Below, piece by piece: positions 18,123 through 27,560 of a stretch of DNA of 64,000 bases; position 1 is the first letter of the stretch; each line of letters opens with the position of its first letter. The notes below the pieces were generated by a model. The model searched no databases. It was given only the letters and a program-made list of their open reading frames with translations, and was not told where the DNA came from. A program made the position numbers and the translations under genes. The stretch is from positions 186,001 through 250,000 of the IMG/VR virus record IMGVR_UViG_3300046542_000227; one strand, 5' to 3'.

Positions 18123-19637
18123 ATGTCAGTCAGCCTTAAGATCGAGAAGTACTCCCACGGCTGCCGTGTGACTGGGTTCGACGTGGATAGCCTCCATAAG
18201 ACCACACGGTTCTTGGAATCCCTCTCACTGAAGGAACCCCAACGCGTTCAGAACCGCATGACCATGGTGCTTAAGAAAAAGTACTACGGCATGACGGAGA
18301 ACAAGCGCGAGCTATTTATCCACCGCAACTCGTTACCTGAATACGTCAACCATCTGAGCGAGTCGGGGTATCCAACCGCAAAGATCGTCTACAACCAAAT
18401 CCCTGTACCACCTGCTGCCAACGCCGATTACCTAATCGACGAGAAGTATCAGTTGCGGGATTACCAAATTCCTATCGTGGGCGAACTGTCTGACGATACT
18501 TACTCACGTCGCCTTGACCTACAAACAGGTAAGGGCAAAACGTTCACCACCCTCGCTGCTGTAGCGCGGATGGGTTGCCGGGCTGTTGTAATGATTCCGC
18601 CTAAGTATTTCGGGATCTGGAAGACAGCGCTGGATGAAACCTACGGTGACTCTGCGAAGTTCCGACTCGTCTCGGGCTCCGGAGAGCTCAAGCAGCTAAT
18701 CCTAGATGGATTGGATGGCAATATACACGAAGAGGTCTTAATCGTCTCCTGTGTGTCCTACAGGGGCTACATCGAGGCCTATGAGACCTACGGCGAGAAC
18801 ATTGAGTCTTCGGGCTATCCGGTTCCGCCACCGCGCTTCCATGAAGCGGTAGGTGCTGGTGTACAGATCAACGATGAGTTCCAAGAAGACCCGGGTCTGT
18901 ACTTCCGGATTGACGTGTACTCTAACGTCAAGAAAATGATCTACTTGTCTGCTACACCATACACAGGTAACGCTTACGTTACCCGCATGATCGATGTGAT
19001 GACTCCTGCAGAAACCCGTTGCACCTTGCCGGAGTGGGATCGTTACATTGATGTGGTGTGGTTGCTGTATAGCGATCCAACGGTGCAAGCCAAGGATTAC
19101 CTCACCCCTTTCAAGAACACCTACAACCATGCCCGTTATGAAACGAAGCTGCTTGAGAAGAAGAAGCGCCTTGAGTTCTACTTGGCCTACGTCCGTCGTA
19201 TGGTCGAAGGTCTCTTCGTCCGCGATCGTCAAGTCGGTCAAAAGGCGTTGGTCCTCTGTTCCACGGTTAAGTTCATTCATGTCCTAACGGACTTCCTCAA
19301 ACAGCAGTTCCCGGATCTGAGCATTGGGTTCCACGTTGCAGGTTGTGACTACAAGAAACTGGTGACGTACGACATAATCGTCTCTACGCCTAAGTCTTGC
19401 GGTACTGGGGTAGACATCCCAAACCTGCGTGAAACCTTCCTGTGCGTGGCTACAGGCTCTGAGAAGGACGCTGTGCAGATCATGGGTCGTACTCGTCCGC
19501 TGAAAGGCTGGCCTGAGCATACCCCACGACTGAACGTGCTGGTGTGTAACAACATCCCCCAACATCTACGCTACATGGATGGTAACAAAGAGGTCTTCTC
19601 CAAGAAGGCACGTTACCAGCGCATGGCTCGACTTTAA
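18123..19637 (+). CDS. Superfamily 2 (UvsW/Rad25-like) helicase (phiKZ gp75-like)
   Basis: LRDYQ, TGKGKT, DEFQ, SATP, GTGVDIPNL, QIMGRTR. Confidence 0.92.
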   Translation: MSVSLKIEKYSHGCRVTGFDVDSLHKTTRFLESLSLKEPQRVQNRMTMVLKKKYYGMTENKRELFIHRNSLPEYVNHLSESGYPTAKIVYNQIPVPPAANADYLIDEKYQLRDYQIPIVGELSDDTYSRRLDLQTGKGKTFTTLAAVARMGCRAVVMIPPKYFGIWKTALDETYGDSAKFRLVSGSGELKQLILDGLDGNIHEEVLIVSCVSYRGYIEAYETYGENIESSGYPVPPPRFHEAVGAGVQINDEFQEDPGLYFRIDVYSNVKKMIYLSATPYTGNAYVTRMIDVMTPAETRCTLPEWDRYIDVVWLLYSDPTVQAKDYLTPFKNTYNHARYETKLLEKKKRLEFYLAYVRRMVEGLFVRDRQVGQKALVLCSTVKFIHVLTDFLKQQFPDLSIGFHVAGCDYKKLVTYDIIVSTPKSCGTGVDIPNLRETFLCVATGSEKDAVQIMGRTRPLKGWPEHTPRLNVLVCNNIPQHLRYMDGNKEVFSKKARYQRMARL

Positions 19638-19643
19638 CTAACT

Positions 19644-19680
19644 GCATAGCGCCTCCCCATATGGGGAGGTGACTATGTCG
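19644..19680 (+). terminator. Hairpin of repeated family
   Basis: GCATAG-GCCTCCCC-ATAT-GGGGAGGT-CTATGTCG. Confidence 0.65.
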
Positions 19681-19693
19681 CATCGGAGCTTAC

Positions 19694-20245
19694 ATGAAAG
19701 AAGAGAATTGGATTGAAAAGTCGTTTGTTATCTACTTCAAATACTATCTGGAGAACGGTCGAACGCAACGGGCCCTGACGATATTCGGGGTACCCCTGCT
19801 GATCGGTGCTGAAATGCCATATGTCTGGCATTCGGGCTTTATGCTGTCTTTGTATAACTTCATCTATCTCAAAGATGTCGAACCGAAGACCGTGTCACAG
19901 GCACTGAAACAGCACAGGACGGTCCCTCTGCTGAGCTGGCTTCTGGGTAACCATGTGGAAAAGGAAGAACCCTTCGAGGGATCTGCCTACAACACCACAG
20001 TTCGGGGTATTCGTTACACAATCACCCGCCATGGTAGATGGACCTCGTATGAGCGGTTCCAATGGCTCGCCCTTAAAGGCAGCCGTATGGACGTATACAG
20101 CATCGCCAGCGATGAGGATAAACAGATACCGGAATTTACCTTTGCACCACCGGAATGGGCTGACCGCACGCCTTCCCCTGAAGAGGTGGTAAACGTAGCG
20201 CATGAGATGTACAAGCTCACTGATTTCAGCCAACTCAACGAGTAA
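19694..20245 (+). CDS. Hypothetical protein
   Basis: GGAG RBS, 183 aa. Confidence 0.7.
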   Translation: MKEENWIEKSFVIYFKYYLENGRTQRALTIFGVPLLIGAEMPYVWHSGFMLSLYNFIYLKDVEPKTVSQALKQHRTVPLLSWLLGNHVEKEEPFEGSAYNTTVRGIRYTITRHGRWTSYERFQWLALKGSRMDVYSIASDEDKQIPEFTFAPPEWADRTPSPEEVVNVAHEMYKLTDFSQLNE

Positions 20246-20258
20246 ATAAGGAAGACCG

Positions 20259-20729
20259 ATGAATACTGAACAACTCCAGACCATCCAAACCGCGCTCGAT
20301 GAGCATACCCGTGAAACTGGACATCGTTACCGTCTGGGTTCCACCCAAGTCAACCACGAGGTGCTGGGTGAACATTATTTCTACGTCGAGCGTCGGGTGA
20401 ACTCCCTGACCCAACCTCATGTTCGTGAGATGTTCGGCGAGTGGATGAACTTCTTTGAGGTGGCCATTAGCCCCAAGAAGATCTGGCCCAAAGAGCGTAA
20501 AGATCTGAACACGCGCATCGAGCCCGATGCCATCCTCCACCTGCTGTACACGTCGTCAGTAATACACGAGCGGGGGATTATCAAGACTTGGCTTGATGTC
20601 ATGGCTGAACTGGGTTACGCGATTTATGCCGTCGACATCCGTGGGCAAGATGATCACATCACTGCCGACATCATTGTCTCTAACCGTACGCTGGTGTACC
20701 AAGCCGCCATCACTATCAACACTAAGTAA
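20259..20729 (+). CDS. Hypothetical protein
   Basis: TAAGGA RBS, 156 aa. Confidence 0.72.
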   Translation: MNTEQLQTIQTALDEHTRETGHRYRLGSTQVNHEVLGEHYFYVERRVNSLTQPHVREMFGEWMNFFEVAISPKKIWPKERKDLNTRIEPDAILHLLYTSSVIHERGIIKTWLDVMAELGYAIYAVDIRGQDDHITADIIVSNRTLVYQAAITINTK

Positions 20730-20740
20730 GGAGCAACACC

Positions 20741-21016
20741 ATGGACCAATCCGTAAAGCTGGATCCTATTGTACTGGGTTCGTCGGTACCAAATCCGTTC
20801 TTCCGCGGTGTTTCACCTAACCGTACTTTGATGTATACCGAACACCTGAAGCTGCGTGAGCGTGAGATGGCAGCAGGTCACGAACAGCTGGGTCATCTGC
20901 CCTTCAAGGCTACCGACCAACACGGTGCTCGTGGTGTAGTAGTAGAAATCAAGGATCCTAAAAGGATTCCTAACTTCCGCCTGTCTGATATCCCCGGTGC
21001 GCCGAAAAGCGTCTGA
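20741..21016 (+). CDS. 91-aa miniature paralogue of nvRNAP beta subunit
   Basis: TAAGGAG RBS; two ungapped blocks match ORF 13922-16030 (13/31 and 10/26 identical). Confidence 0.75.
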   Translation: MDQSVKLDPIVLGSSVPNPFFRGVSPNRTLMYTEHLKLREREMAAGHEQLGHLPFKATDQHGARGVVVEIKDPKRIPNFRLSDIPGAPKSV

Positions 21017-21057
21017 CGACATAAAGCCCCTCCCATCGCGGGAGGGGCCTATGCCGC
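21017..21057. repeat. Conserved ~40-bp palindromic element at convergent junction (copy 1)
   Basis: CGACATAAAGCCCCTCCC-loop-GGGAGGGGCCTATGCCGC. Confidence 0.85.
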
Positions 21058-21068
21058 TTTTTCTTTTG

Positions 21069-21587
21069 TTACGAGGTGACCCCATTCAATCCATTCTGCA
21101 ATGCTCGCTCCGCAGCTGCTGCGGCCGAGTCCTTCTGACGAATGGTGTCTTCAGCCATGTCCAGAATAAATGCAGCGATTGGATAAGGGAGGTTCCAGAA
21201 CTCAGTCAGTGAATAACCTTGTTCATGGATCCGGTACGTATGGTAACGACGAACCAAACTAAACATTGGCCCACCTTCCCAAGCGTTCTCCTTATCATGC
21301 ATGGCCATCAGCGCTAGCGGGCGCATCGGGTCAGGGGCATTAATGTGATCGTAGATACCATAGTCAGTTTGATAAGCCATCAAACTAAGCTGAGCCGCGG
21401 CTGTTGGTCTTACGGCTGGTGACTCACGCAGCAGCTGATCGATAAGACCATACTGCTGCGCTTGCTTTAGACCGAATGTACCAAACAGGACGTGTCCGTT
21501 CTTGTCGTCCTCGTTGATAGAGAGACGACTGTAGCGGGCGTCGGTGTTCGTTACATGATGCGGCTGAGCTTCCGGCTGGCCAACATG
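21069..21587 (-). CDS. Probable tail-assembly chaperone 'T' part (T4 gp51/gpT-like), probably reached by -1 frameshift
   Basis: Frame open 68 codons upstream of first TTG/ATG and into the upstream gene; GYSLTEFWNLP motif. Confidence 0.55.
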   Translation of the reverse strand, partial: HVGQPEAQPHHVTNTDARYSRLSINEDDKNGHVLFGTFGLKQAQQYGLIDQLLRESPAVRPTAAAQLSLMAYQTDYGIYDHINAPDPMRPLALMAMHDKENAWEGGPMFSLVRRYHTYRIHEQGYSLTEFWNLPYPIAAFILDMAEDTIRQKDSAAAAAERALQNGLNGVTS

Positions 21588-23236
21588 AAAAACTCCGCCA
21601 GTGGATCGACAGTGATCAGGTTCTCGAAACGCTCTTTGAACTTGGTCGCTGCAGGCGTGTTACAGACCGGGCAGTTGAAGGAGTTGATTGCAGTCATGGC
21701 AATCAGGCTGTCGTCGATATACTTCTCGACAGCGTCGTTGAATTCTTTGATGTGCTCATCGGCCGAGTAAACGTCAGACAGGATGTCAGCGATGAAGTCC
21801 TTCTCTTCCGAGAGAACCACGTAGCCATCTGGCGCTTCTGGGTTGATGTCAACAATGGCTTTGATCCAGTGCGTGTATTCACGCGCAGCGGTGGACTCAG
21901 CCAGTTGTTCGATAAAGCGAGTACGGTTACGACCTTCAGGCGGTTCGTTGAATGCGCCTTGAGTCATTTCGATGATGCCGGTCAACCAAGCACGTCCGAG
22001 CTCTTCGTGATCCCAGACCGACGGGCATTGCAACAGGAAGCCCATCTCGCCAATCTGCACCAGACGCTCACGACCATAGACGTGATGCGACTTGTACGTG
22101 GCCAGGTCTTCCTTGGTACGCGGTGCACGCGCATCGATACGGAAGGCCATATGGGTTTTCTGCCATGGAGTCAGACCGTTCATGTCGACCCACCACATGT
22201 TCACCACTTGCATCAGTTCTTTGGTGATATGGTTGCACTTGCCGATATCGGCGATGCATGGCGACGCGTACGGATAACCGGCTGGGTACAGAGTAGCAGC
22301 CAGACCCAGGATTACCGCAGGGATGTCACGGGTGTCGATCAATGGCTTGAGGTCAGTCGGCGTAGCAAACGAAACGTTCGCATTGCTGACGTGCTGCAAA
22401 GCAAAGTCAACCACGATGGTCTTGATGTAGTGGGCGACGTTAGAGAACGCCAGACCACGGGTTTCAGAACCTACCGATACTTTGACCTGTGCCACTTCCT
22501 GGTTCATCGCGGTCAGTTCAACCAACGATGGGGCCTTGAAGCGCAGCCAGATACCCGAATGCCACAATGGCATATCAACGGTACCACCAACGCCCGCCTT
22601 ACGGGTGACGTAGGACTTCAGCTCTTCACGGGTGTACTTGCCATCAGCAGCCAGACGCTGGACAGGAATACCACCACCGATGTGCTTGCCTTCGTGTTCA
22701 ACCGTTTGACCCCAGTGCGAACCTTCACGATGCAAGGCAGCAGTGTGACGGTCTGGATCGTTAACGATCTGACGGGACAATGCACCGAGCAGCAGACGCA
22801 GGTGAGGATCACCTTTGTCGTCCGGGATAAAGTCGGCAGTACGACCGATGGCTTCAGCCAGTTTGGTTTCGGATGTAATCATCCGTTCCATAATAGCCGA
22901 GCTGTGGTTCAGCACCTGGGTAACCGTTTCAACCGTTTCACGCAGGATCGCGACGCAGTCACTCAGGCTAGGCTCAGGCTGCTTATCAGGCAGTGGTTTG
23001 GTAACCGGGCGGGTAACCGTATGGTTAGTGCCGGGTTGATCTGGCGTGAAGGGCTCCAGAGGAGGCAACTCTTCGTCAGGAGCATCCTGGATCAACTGCT
23101 GCACTTCAGCCTCACCAAGCGGTGGTGTGGCGATGTGTGGGTTGATCGGTGTTTCACCAGACGGCACAGCAGCGCCGGCAGCTGCCGGCTCCACTGCGTC
23201 GCCCTGACCGGCTTTCGGATCATCAGGCAGTTGCAT
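21551..23236 (-). CDS. Core protein (phiKZ gp77-like); T4 gp26/gpG-like tail-baseplate assembly chaperone
   Basis: 561 aa; two Cys pairs (C-x6-C, CPVC) and terminal ...AEFF, an architecture like gp26-type chaperones. Confidence 0.6.
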   Translation of the reverse strand: MQLPDDPKAGQGDAVEPAAAGAAVPSGETPINPHIATPPLGEAEVQQLIQDAPDEELPPLEPFTPDQPGTNHTVTRPVTKPLPDKQPEPSLSDCVAILRETVETVTQVLNHSSAIMERMITSETKLAEAIGRTADFIPDDKGDPHLRLLLGALSRQIVNDPDRHTAALHREGSHWGQTVEHEGKHIGGGIPVQRLAADGKYTREELKSYVTRKAGVGGTVDMPLWHSGIWLRFKAPSLVELTAMNQEVAQVKVSVGSETRGLAFSNVAHYIKTIVVDFALQHVSNANVSFATPTDLKPLIDTRDIPAVILGLAATLYPAGYPYASPCIADIGKCNHITKELMQVVNMWWVDMNGLTPWQKTHMAFRIDARAPRTKEDLATYKSHHVYGRERLVQIGEMGFLLQCPSVWDHEELGRAWLTGIIEMTQGAFNEPPEGRNRTRFIEQLAESTAAREYTHWIKAIVDINPEAPDGYVVLSEEKDFIADILSDVYSADEHIKEFNDAVEKYIDDSLIAMTAINSFNCPVCNTPAATKFKERFENLITVDPLAEFFMLASRKLSRIM

Positions 23237-23765
23237 TGAGTTCGCTCTCCAGGATGCTGGTGTATTCTTTCTCTACGGTTTCAGCCAGCGAAACCAGCAG
23301 TGGCTGAATGCCGGATTCGTAGTGGGTAGCCAGCTTGTTGTAGCCGGTAGCCAGATCGAATACATCGGTGATCTCTTCAGCGCTTGGAGCACCCGACTTG
23401 TCTTTGTGGACTTCCCACAGCGACGCGAGGTTCTCGTTGTAGTTGGCGATATCGCCGCACAGCGTACCGAAGCTACGCTTGAAGCCTTCGGCGTCAGCCA
23501 AGTGCTTGCAGATGTTCGGCAGTTCTTGTTTGACCGGGATGACGAAGTTGCTGGTGCTGAGGATCAGACCGGCACACTCGCTGTACAGTTCGCGAAGGAT
23601 GTCGTAGCCATCGGCGCCCTTGAGTACAGCTTCAGCGGTGAGGCTTTGCATGTCCTGGACTTGGCCAACGATTTCTTTTTGTTCGGTCGCCGGCAGAGTT
23701 GCGAAGGCTTCCAGTTTCTTTTGTTCCGGCACAGCAATGGCGCTACCGGCGATCAGCTCACTCAT
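23223..23765 (-). CDS. Hypothetical helical protein
   Basis: AGGAG RBS, 180 aa, good codon bias. Confidence 0.75.
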   Translation of the reverse strand: MSELIAGSAIAVPEQKKLEAFATLPATEQKEIVGQVQDMQSLTAEAVLKGADGYDILRELYSECAGLILSTSNFVIPVKQELPNICKHLADAEGFKRSFGTLCGDIANYNENLASLWEVHKDKSGAPSAEEITDVFDLATGYNKLATHYESGIQPLLVSLAETVEKEYTSILESELNATA

Positions 23766-23876
23766 CCCGTTCTCCTAGGACATAATTTGACAATGACATA
23801 TATATTGCTTAATGCAGTAAAATCCCACAGAAGAGTAAAACCCTATGGGTAACTTTTTTCGATAGAAGGTGATGAC

Positions 23877-24728
23877 ATGCAAGACATGTTCAAAGAACGC
23901 ATGAATGCCGTGCTGCCGTTGGAACAGTTGGAACTGGGTGCGAGCATCCTGAGTCTCTTTGAAGACGTGGGCTTTACCTCTCCATACGAACCTCTTCAAG
24001 AGATAATGGAAGTCAGTACTTCGCTTATTGCGACTGACCAGTACGTGTCTCGTGTACTGACCTGTTTGTCCGACTCGATGGACGACCTGCTCAAAGCGTT
24101 TGGCGTGGAAGTAACTGAGTCCTGCCCGCTGCAATATAAGCTCGATGTAGGGACGACCCTGATCAAGCTGCCGAACTATTATTTGCCAGCGGAAGTGTTG
24201 GCTATTACCACCACTAGCTTCGACAATGAAGTGATCTTGGCTGAGCTGGTCATGCTCACTCAGGGCGTAATAGTAGAAGAGTCGTTGGAACACCTCTACG
24301 GCGTCGACGATGGGTTGATCCCGAAGCTGACCGCAGAGATGCAGAAGATGGCGGCCTACGACGAAGCATTCAATACTCCGCTGGACATGATCGACCTGGA
24401 TCGTAAGCGGATCATCAACATCAACCGTCTGCTGAAAGACGCCCGTGCTAAAGAGCATTTGGTTTGCGTCGGCGAACTGATCGAAGCTGGCGCCAAGATG
24501 GGTGCAGACTTTGAACCGTTGGTACAGCAATACGTCGAACAACTGACGATGCTTCCTGCGGATCATATGACCATCGAGCTCCTCGGCCTGGCCTTGTTCA
24601 GCAAACTCCCTGCTGAGCAATGGATCGACACTGTGCAACACACAGCCGGGGAATTTACGGATCTGTTGTCCGACCATCGCAAGATCGAGATCGTGCTTAA
24701 CGATTATCGAGTCTTCTTCGAGATGTGA
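23877..24728 (+). CDS. Conserved core/virion protein (phiKZ gp79-like position)
   Basis: AAGGTG RBS, 283 aa, upstream of vRNAP gene. Confidence 0.7.
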   Translation: MQDMFKERMNAVLPLEQLELGASILSLFEDVGFTSPYEPLQEIMEVSTSLIATDQYVSRVLTCLSDSMDDLLKAFGVEVTESCPLQYKLDVGTTLIKLPNYYLPAEVLAITTTSFDNEVILAELVMLTQGVIVEESLEHLYGVDDGLIPKLTAEMQKMAAYDEAFNTPLDMIDLDRKRIININRLLKDARAKEHLVCVGELIEAGAKMGADFEPLVQQYVEQLTMLPADHMTIELLGLALFSKLPAEQWIDTVQHTAGEFTDLLSDHRKIEIVLNDYRVFFEM

Positions 24729-24730
24729 GC

Positions 24731-26116
24731 ATGAATAAACGCGACTTCTTTCTTAAGGGGTTGAAGTCTGGCGCGTGTAAGAAGCGCGCTTGGGTTATGG
24801 GTTGCTTTAGCTTCATTATTAAAGACGGCCCCCGTAACCTCTACCCCGATTATCCTTACCGTCTCTTTAAGATCGGTGAGGACATGTACTTCATTGATCC
24901 TGAACCCACCCAGCCATCGCCAGCCACTGAGCTGCTGCCGGCTAACCTGACCAAGATCGACGACTACATCCAAGGTGAGCCGTTGTTCGATTGGTTGGAA
25001 GAATTCGAACTGCGTCCAGGTGAGCTGGAGAACTTCGAAGGCACTGAGCCAATCATTACCGCTGCGGGTAACGTCTTCGTTAACCACCTAGCGTTCTGTC
25101 TGCCATTCGGGGATATCATCCCTTACCAAGACGGGGCGATCAACGCAGGCAAGCTCAACGACAAGATCCTGGAACTGCTGGTCGATGATCCAGAACCAGA
25201 TGACGGTGAGTCTCGACATCCAGAAGGCAAGATCTACGTTCGCCAACTGCTGATGTACAACGAGTACATGTTGAGCCTAACTGCTTGGGCTGAAGACAAC
25301 GTCACTCCTGTTACTCCGAAATCGCTGACGGGTCACCCGGATCGACACAAGGTAATGAAGGAGCTGATCGAGCAGTACAAGGACCAACTCGACAACCCAT
25401 CGATCATTGCCCGTATCGGTAATATCATGGAAGAGATGGACATGGAGTATTTGAAGGACGACCCATCCTTCCAGTTCTACATGTCGAAGCGCGCTAAGCT
25501 CTTCTCTGGTTCTCGTAAGAAACAGTTCTACATGTTCGGTGGTGAGTCGCCATTCCAAGACGGTACTTCGGTAACGTTCATCAGCAAGTCGCTGGAAGAA
25601 GGCATCGACACCAACAACCTGCCCACGATGATCAACTCGCAACGTGCGGGTTCGTTTAACCGGGGCTTCCAGACACGTCTGGGTGGTGAGGTAACCAAGA
25701 CCATTTACCGGATGCTGGGTACAACCCGTATCGAGGTAGGCGACTGTGGTGCCACGATCGGTATCCCAACCCTGATCCATCCACAATACAAACATCGTTT
25801 CACCGGCTTCTATTACGTAGAGAACGGGGTCACTAAAAAGATCTCGAACGACAACGTTGGGGCACTCGCTGGCAAGGTTGTCGATCTGCGTGATCCGATG
25901 GCCTGCAAGCAAGACCAGAACCGTGTGGAGAACGAACCGGGTAAAGGTAAGAACATCTGCAGCATCTGTGCTGGCGATGCTCTATCGGAAATGCCCGATG
26001 GTATTCCTGCAGCGTCTGCTGCGGTCGGTGGTCGGTTCCTGACGTTGTTCTTGAAGAAGATGCACGCCGGTTCCTTGAAAACCACCAAGTGGAACTTCCA
26101 ACAACACATCCACTGA
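24731..26116 (+). CDS. Virion RNA polymerase beta' subunit, middle part (phiKZ gp80-like)
   Basis: R.GSFNRG..T.LGG bridge helix, DCGAT, LRDPMAC, ICSICAG, LKKMH. Confidence 0.88.
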   Translation: MNKRDFFLKGLKSGACKKRAWVMGCFSFIIKDGPRNLYPDYPYRLFKIGEDMYFIDPEPTQPSPATELLPANLTKIDDYIQGEPLFDWLEEFELRPGELENFEGTEPIITAAGNVFVNHLAFCLPFGDIIPYQDGAINAGKLNDKILELLVDDPEPDDGESRHPEGKIYVRQLLMYNEYMLSLTAWAEDNVTPVTPKSLTGHPDRHKVMKELIEQYKDQLDNPSIIARIGNIMEEMDMEYLKDDPSFQFYMSKRAKLFSGSRKKQFYMFGGESPFQDGTSVTFISKSLEEGIDTNNLPTMINSQRAGSFNRGFQTRLGGEVTKTIYRMLGTTRIEVGDCGATIGIPTLIHPQYKHRFTGFYYVENGVTKKISNDNVGALAGKVVDLRDPMACKQDQNRVENEPGKGKNICSICAGDALSEMPDGIPAASAAVGGRFLTLFLKKMHAGSLKTTKWNFQQHIH

Positions 26117-26176
26117 TTTGGGCCATGTTATGTGGTCTTTCCGTTGACTATGGGTATTCACCCTGAGGACAAATAG

Positions 26177-27436
26177 ATGAGCGATAACGAACAACTCGAC
26201 CAAGCTGAACAAGAAGCAGTCGACACGGCAGCCGCTAATGGCGAGCAGAATGACGCTGGCGGTGAAGCTGGCCCTACTGGCGAACAAAGCGGTGTTGCTG
26301 GTGATACCGGCGAAGGTGCTGACAATGGCGAAGCCCCTGCTGCCGAAGAAACCGATCCGGCCAGTGCTGAGCCGGAAAACGAACCGGACGTCGTAGGTCT
26401 GGCCCGTAACGCATACGAAGCCGATCCAGCGGTAAGTGACGAAGTCTGCATCGAGTTCGTGCAGAAGATCGCCGGTGAGATCATGGACATCGGCGGCATG
26501 TCGACTGCCTTGCTGACAGCGCTGATCAAAGGCCAGATCCGTTTCCCGGAATCCGACCTCAAGCACGTGATCGTGGTTTACCGTCAGCGTATCGAACTGC
26601 CTTCGGCGTGGGACGACAAAGGCGTGATCGTCTTCCTGCGTTCTGGCGAAGAGCCGAAGAAGACTTCCACTGGCGCCTGGGTAGTTGACGTAACCCGTAG
26701 CGGTCGTGTGGCTGCTGAATGGTTGACTTCCGAACTGGAAGCGTGGGCCAAGCAAGAAATTCAAGCCGGCGGCAAAACCAGCGATGCTGGCGTAGCGCTG
26801 GAACTGAAAGCCCGCCTGGGCCTGAAGTGTGAAGACAGTCCGAAAGCGGTGCGTAAAGCTTACCGTGCTCTGGCTCCTTCCGATATCAAAGTCGTTGGCG
26901 CTGAAGCTTCCACTCCGGTGGTAGTCGAAGCCGCTACCGACACCGACGAAACCGAGCAACTGCAGCGTGCAAAAGCCGTCACTGCTCAGATCGAACAAGT
27001 AGAAGGTCTCACCACCATGAACGTCGCAATGATCGATGATGGCCTGCGCAAGTACATCGAAGCTGTAGCGCCTAACCGCGTGATCGGCGAAGCTGCTGCG
27101 CTGAAAGCCCAGAACGACCTGGACAACACCCTGCAGTTGGCAGTGGGCCTGGAACCACAGGCCATGGTTGCGGCCATGGAACGCATCAAAGCCACCTTCA
27201 AGCGTGAGATGGCTGGCAATGGCGTGTTCAGCTTCAACAACGTCTTCCGCTTCACCCACCTGATGCGCAACGACAACAAACGTCGTGATCGTCACGTTGG
27301 TATGCTGGAAGCCATGCGTGTGTTCTTCGCTGATGCCAAGGAAGGACGCAAGCAGGTTGACGTGCGTAATCTGCTGCAATACCAAGCTGACGAAAAAGCT
27401 GTACTGCTGGCCGAATACTTCGCCCGCATCGCCTAA
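26177..27436 (+). CDS. Core protein with acidic N-terminus (phiKZ gp81-like position)
   Basis: GAGGA RBS, 419 aa, strong codon bias. Confidence 0.75.
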   Translation: MSDNEQLDQAEQEAVDTAAANGEQNDAGGEAGPTGEQSGVAGDTGEGADNGEAPAAEETDPASAEPENEPDVVGLARNAYEADPAVSDEVCIEFVQKIAGEIMDIGGMSTALLTALIKGQIRFPESDLKHVIVVYRQRIELPSAWDDKGVIVFLRSGEEPKKTSTGAWVVDVTRSGRVAAEWLTSELEAWAKQEIQAGGKTSDAGVALELKARLGLKCEDSPKAVRKAYRALAPSDIKVVGAEASTPVVVEAATDTDETEQLQRAKAVTAQIEQVEGLTTMNVAMIDDGLRKYIEAVAPNRVIGEAAALKAQNDLDNTLQLAVGLEPQAMVAAMERIKATFKREMAGNGVFSFNNVFRFTHLMRNDNKRRDRHVGMLEAMRVFFADAKEGRKQVDVRNLLQYQADEKAVLLAEYFARIA

Positions 27437-27476
27437 CGGTTATAGCCCTCCCTTTTGCGGGGAGGGTTTTATGCCG
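27437..27476 (+). terminator. Hairpin of repeated family
   Basis: CCCTCCC...GGGAGGG-TTTTATGCCG. Confidence 0.75.
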
Positions 27477-27560
27477 CCTAACGGCTAAATGTATGTGTCT
27501 AACCTTAGACCTGCCCACGCTAGGGTGCATTTATAACCATTCGGAGTCACGGAGCAAATC

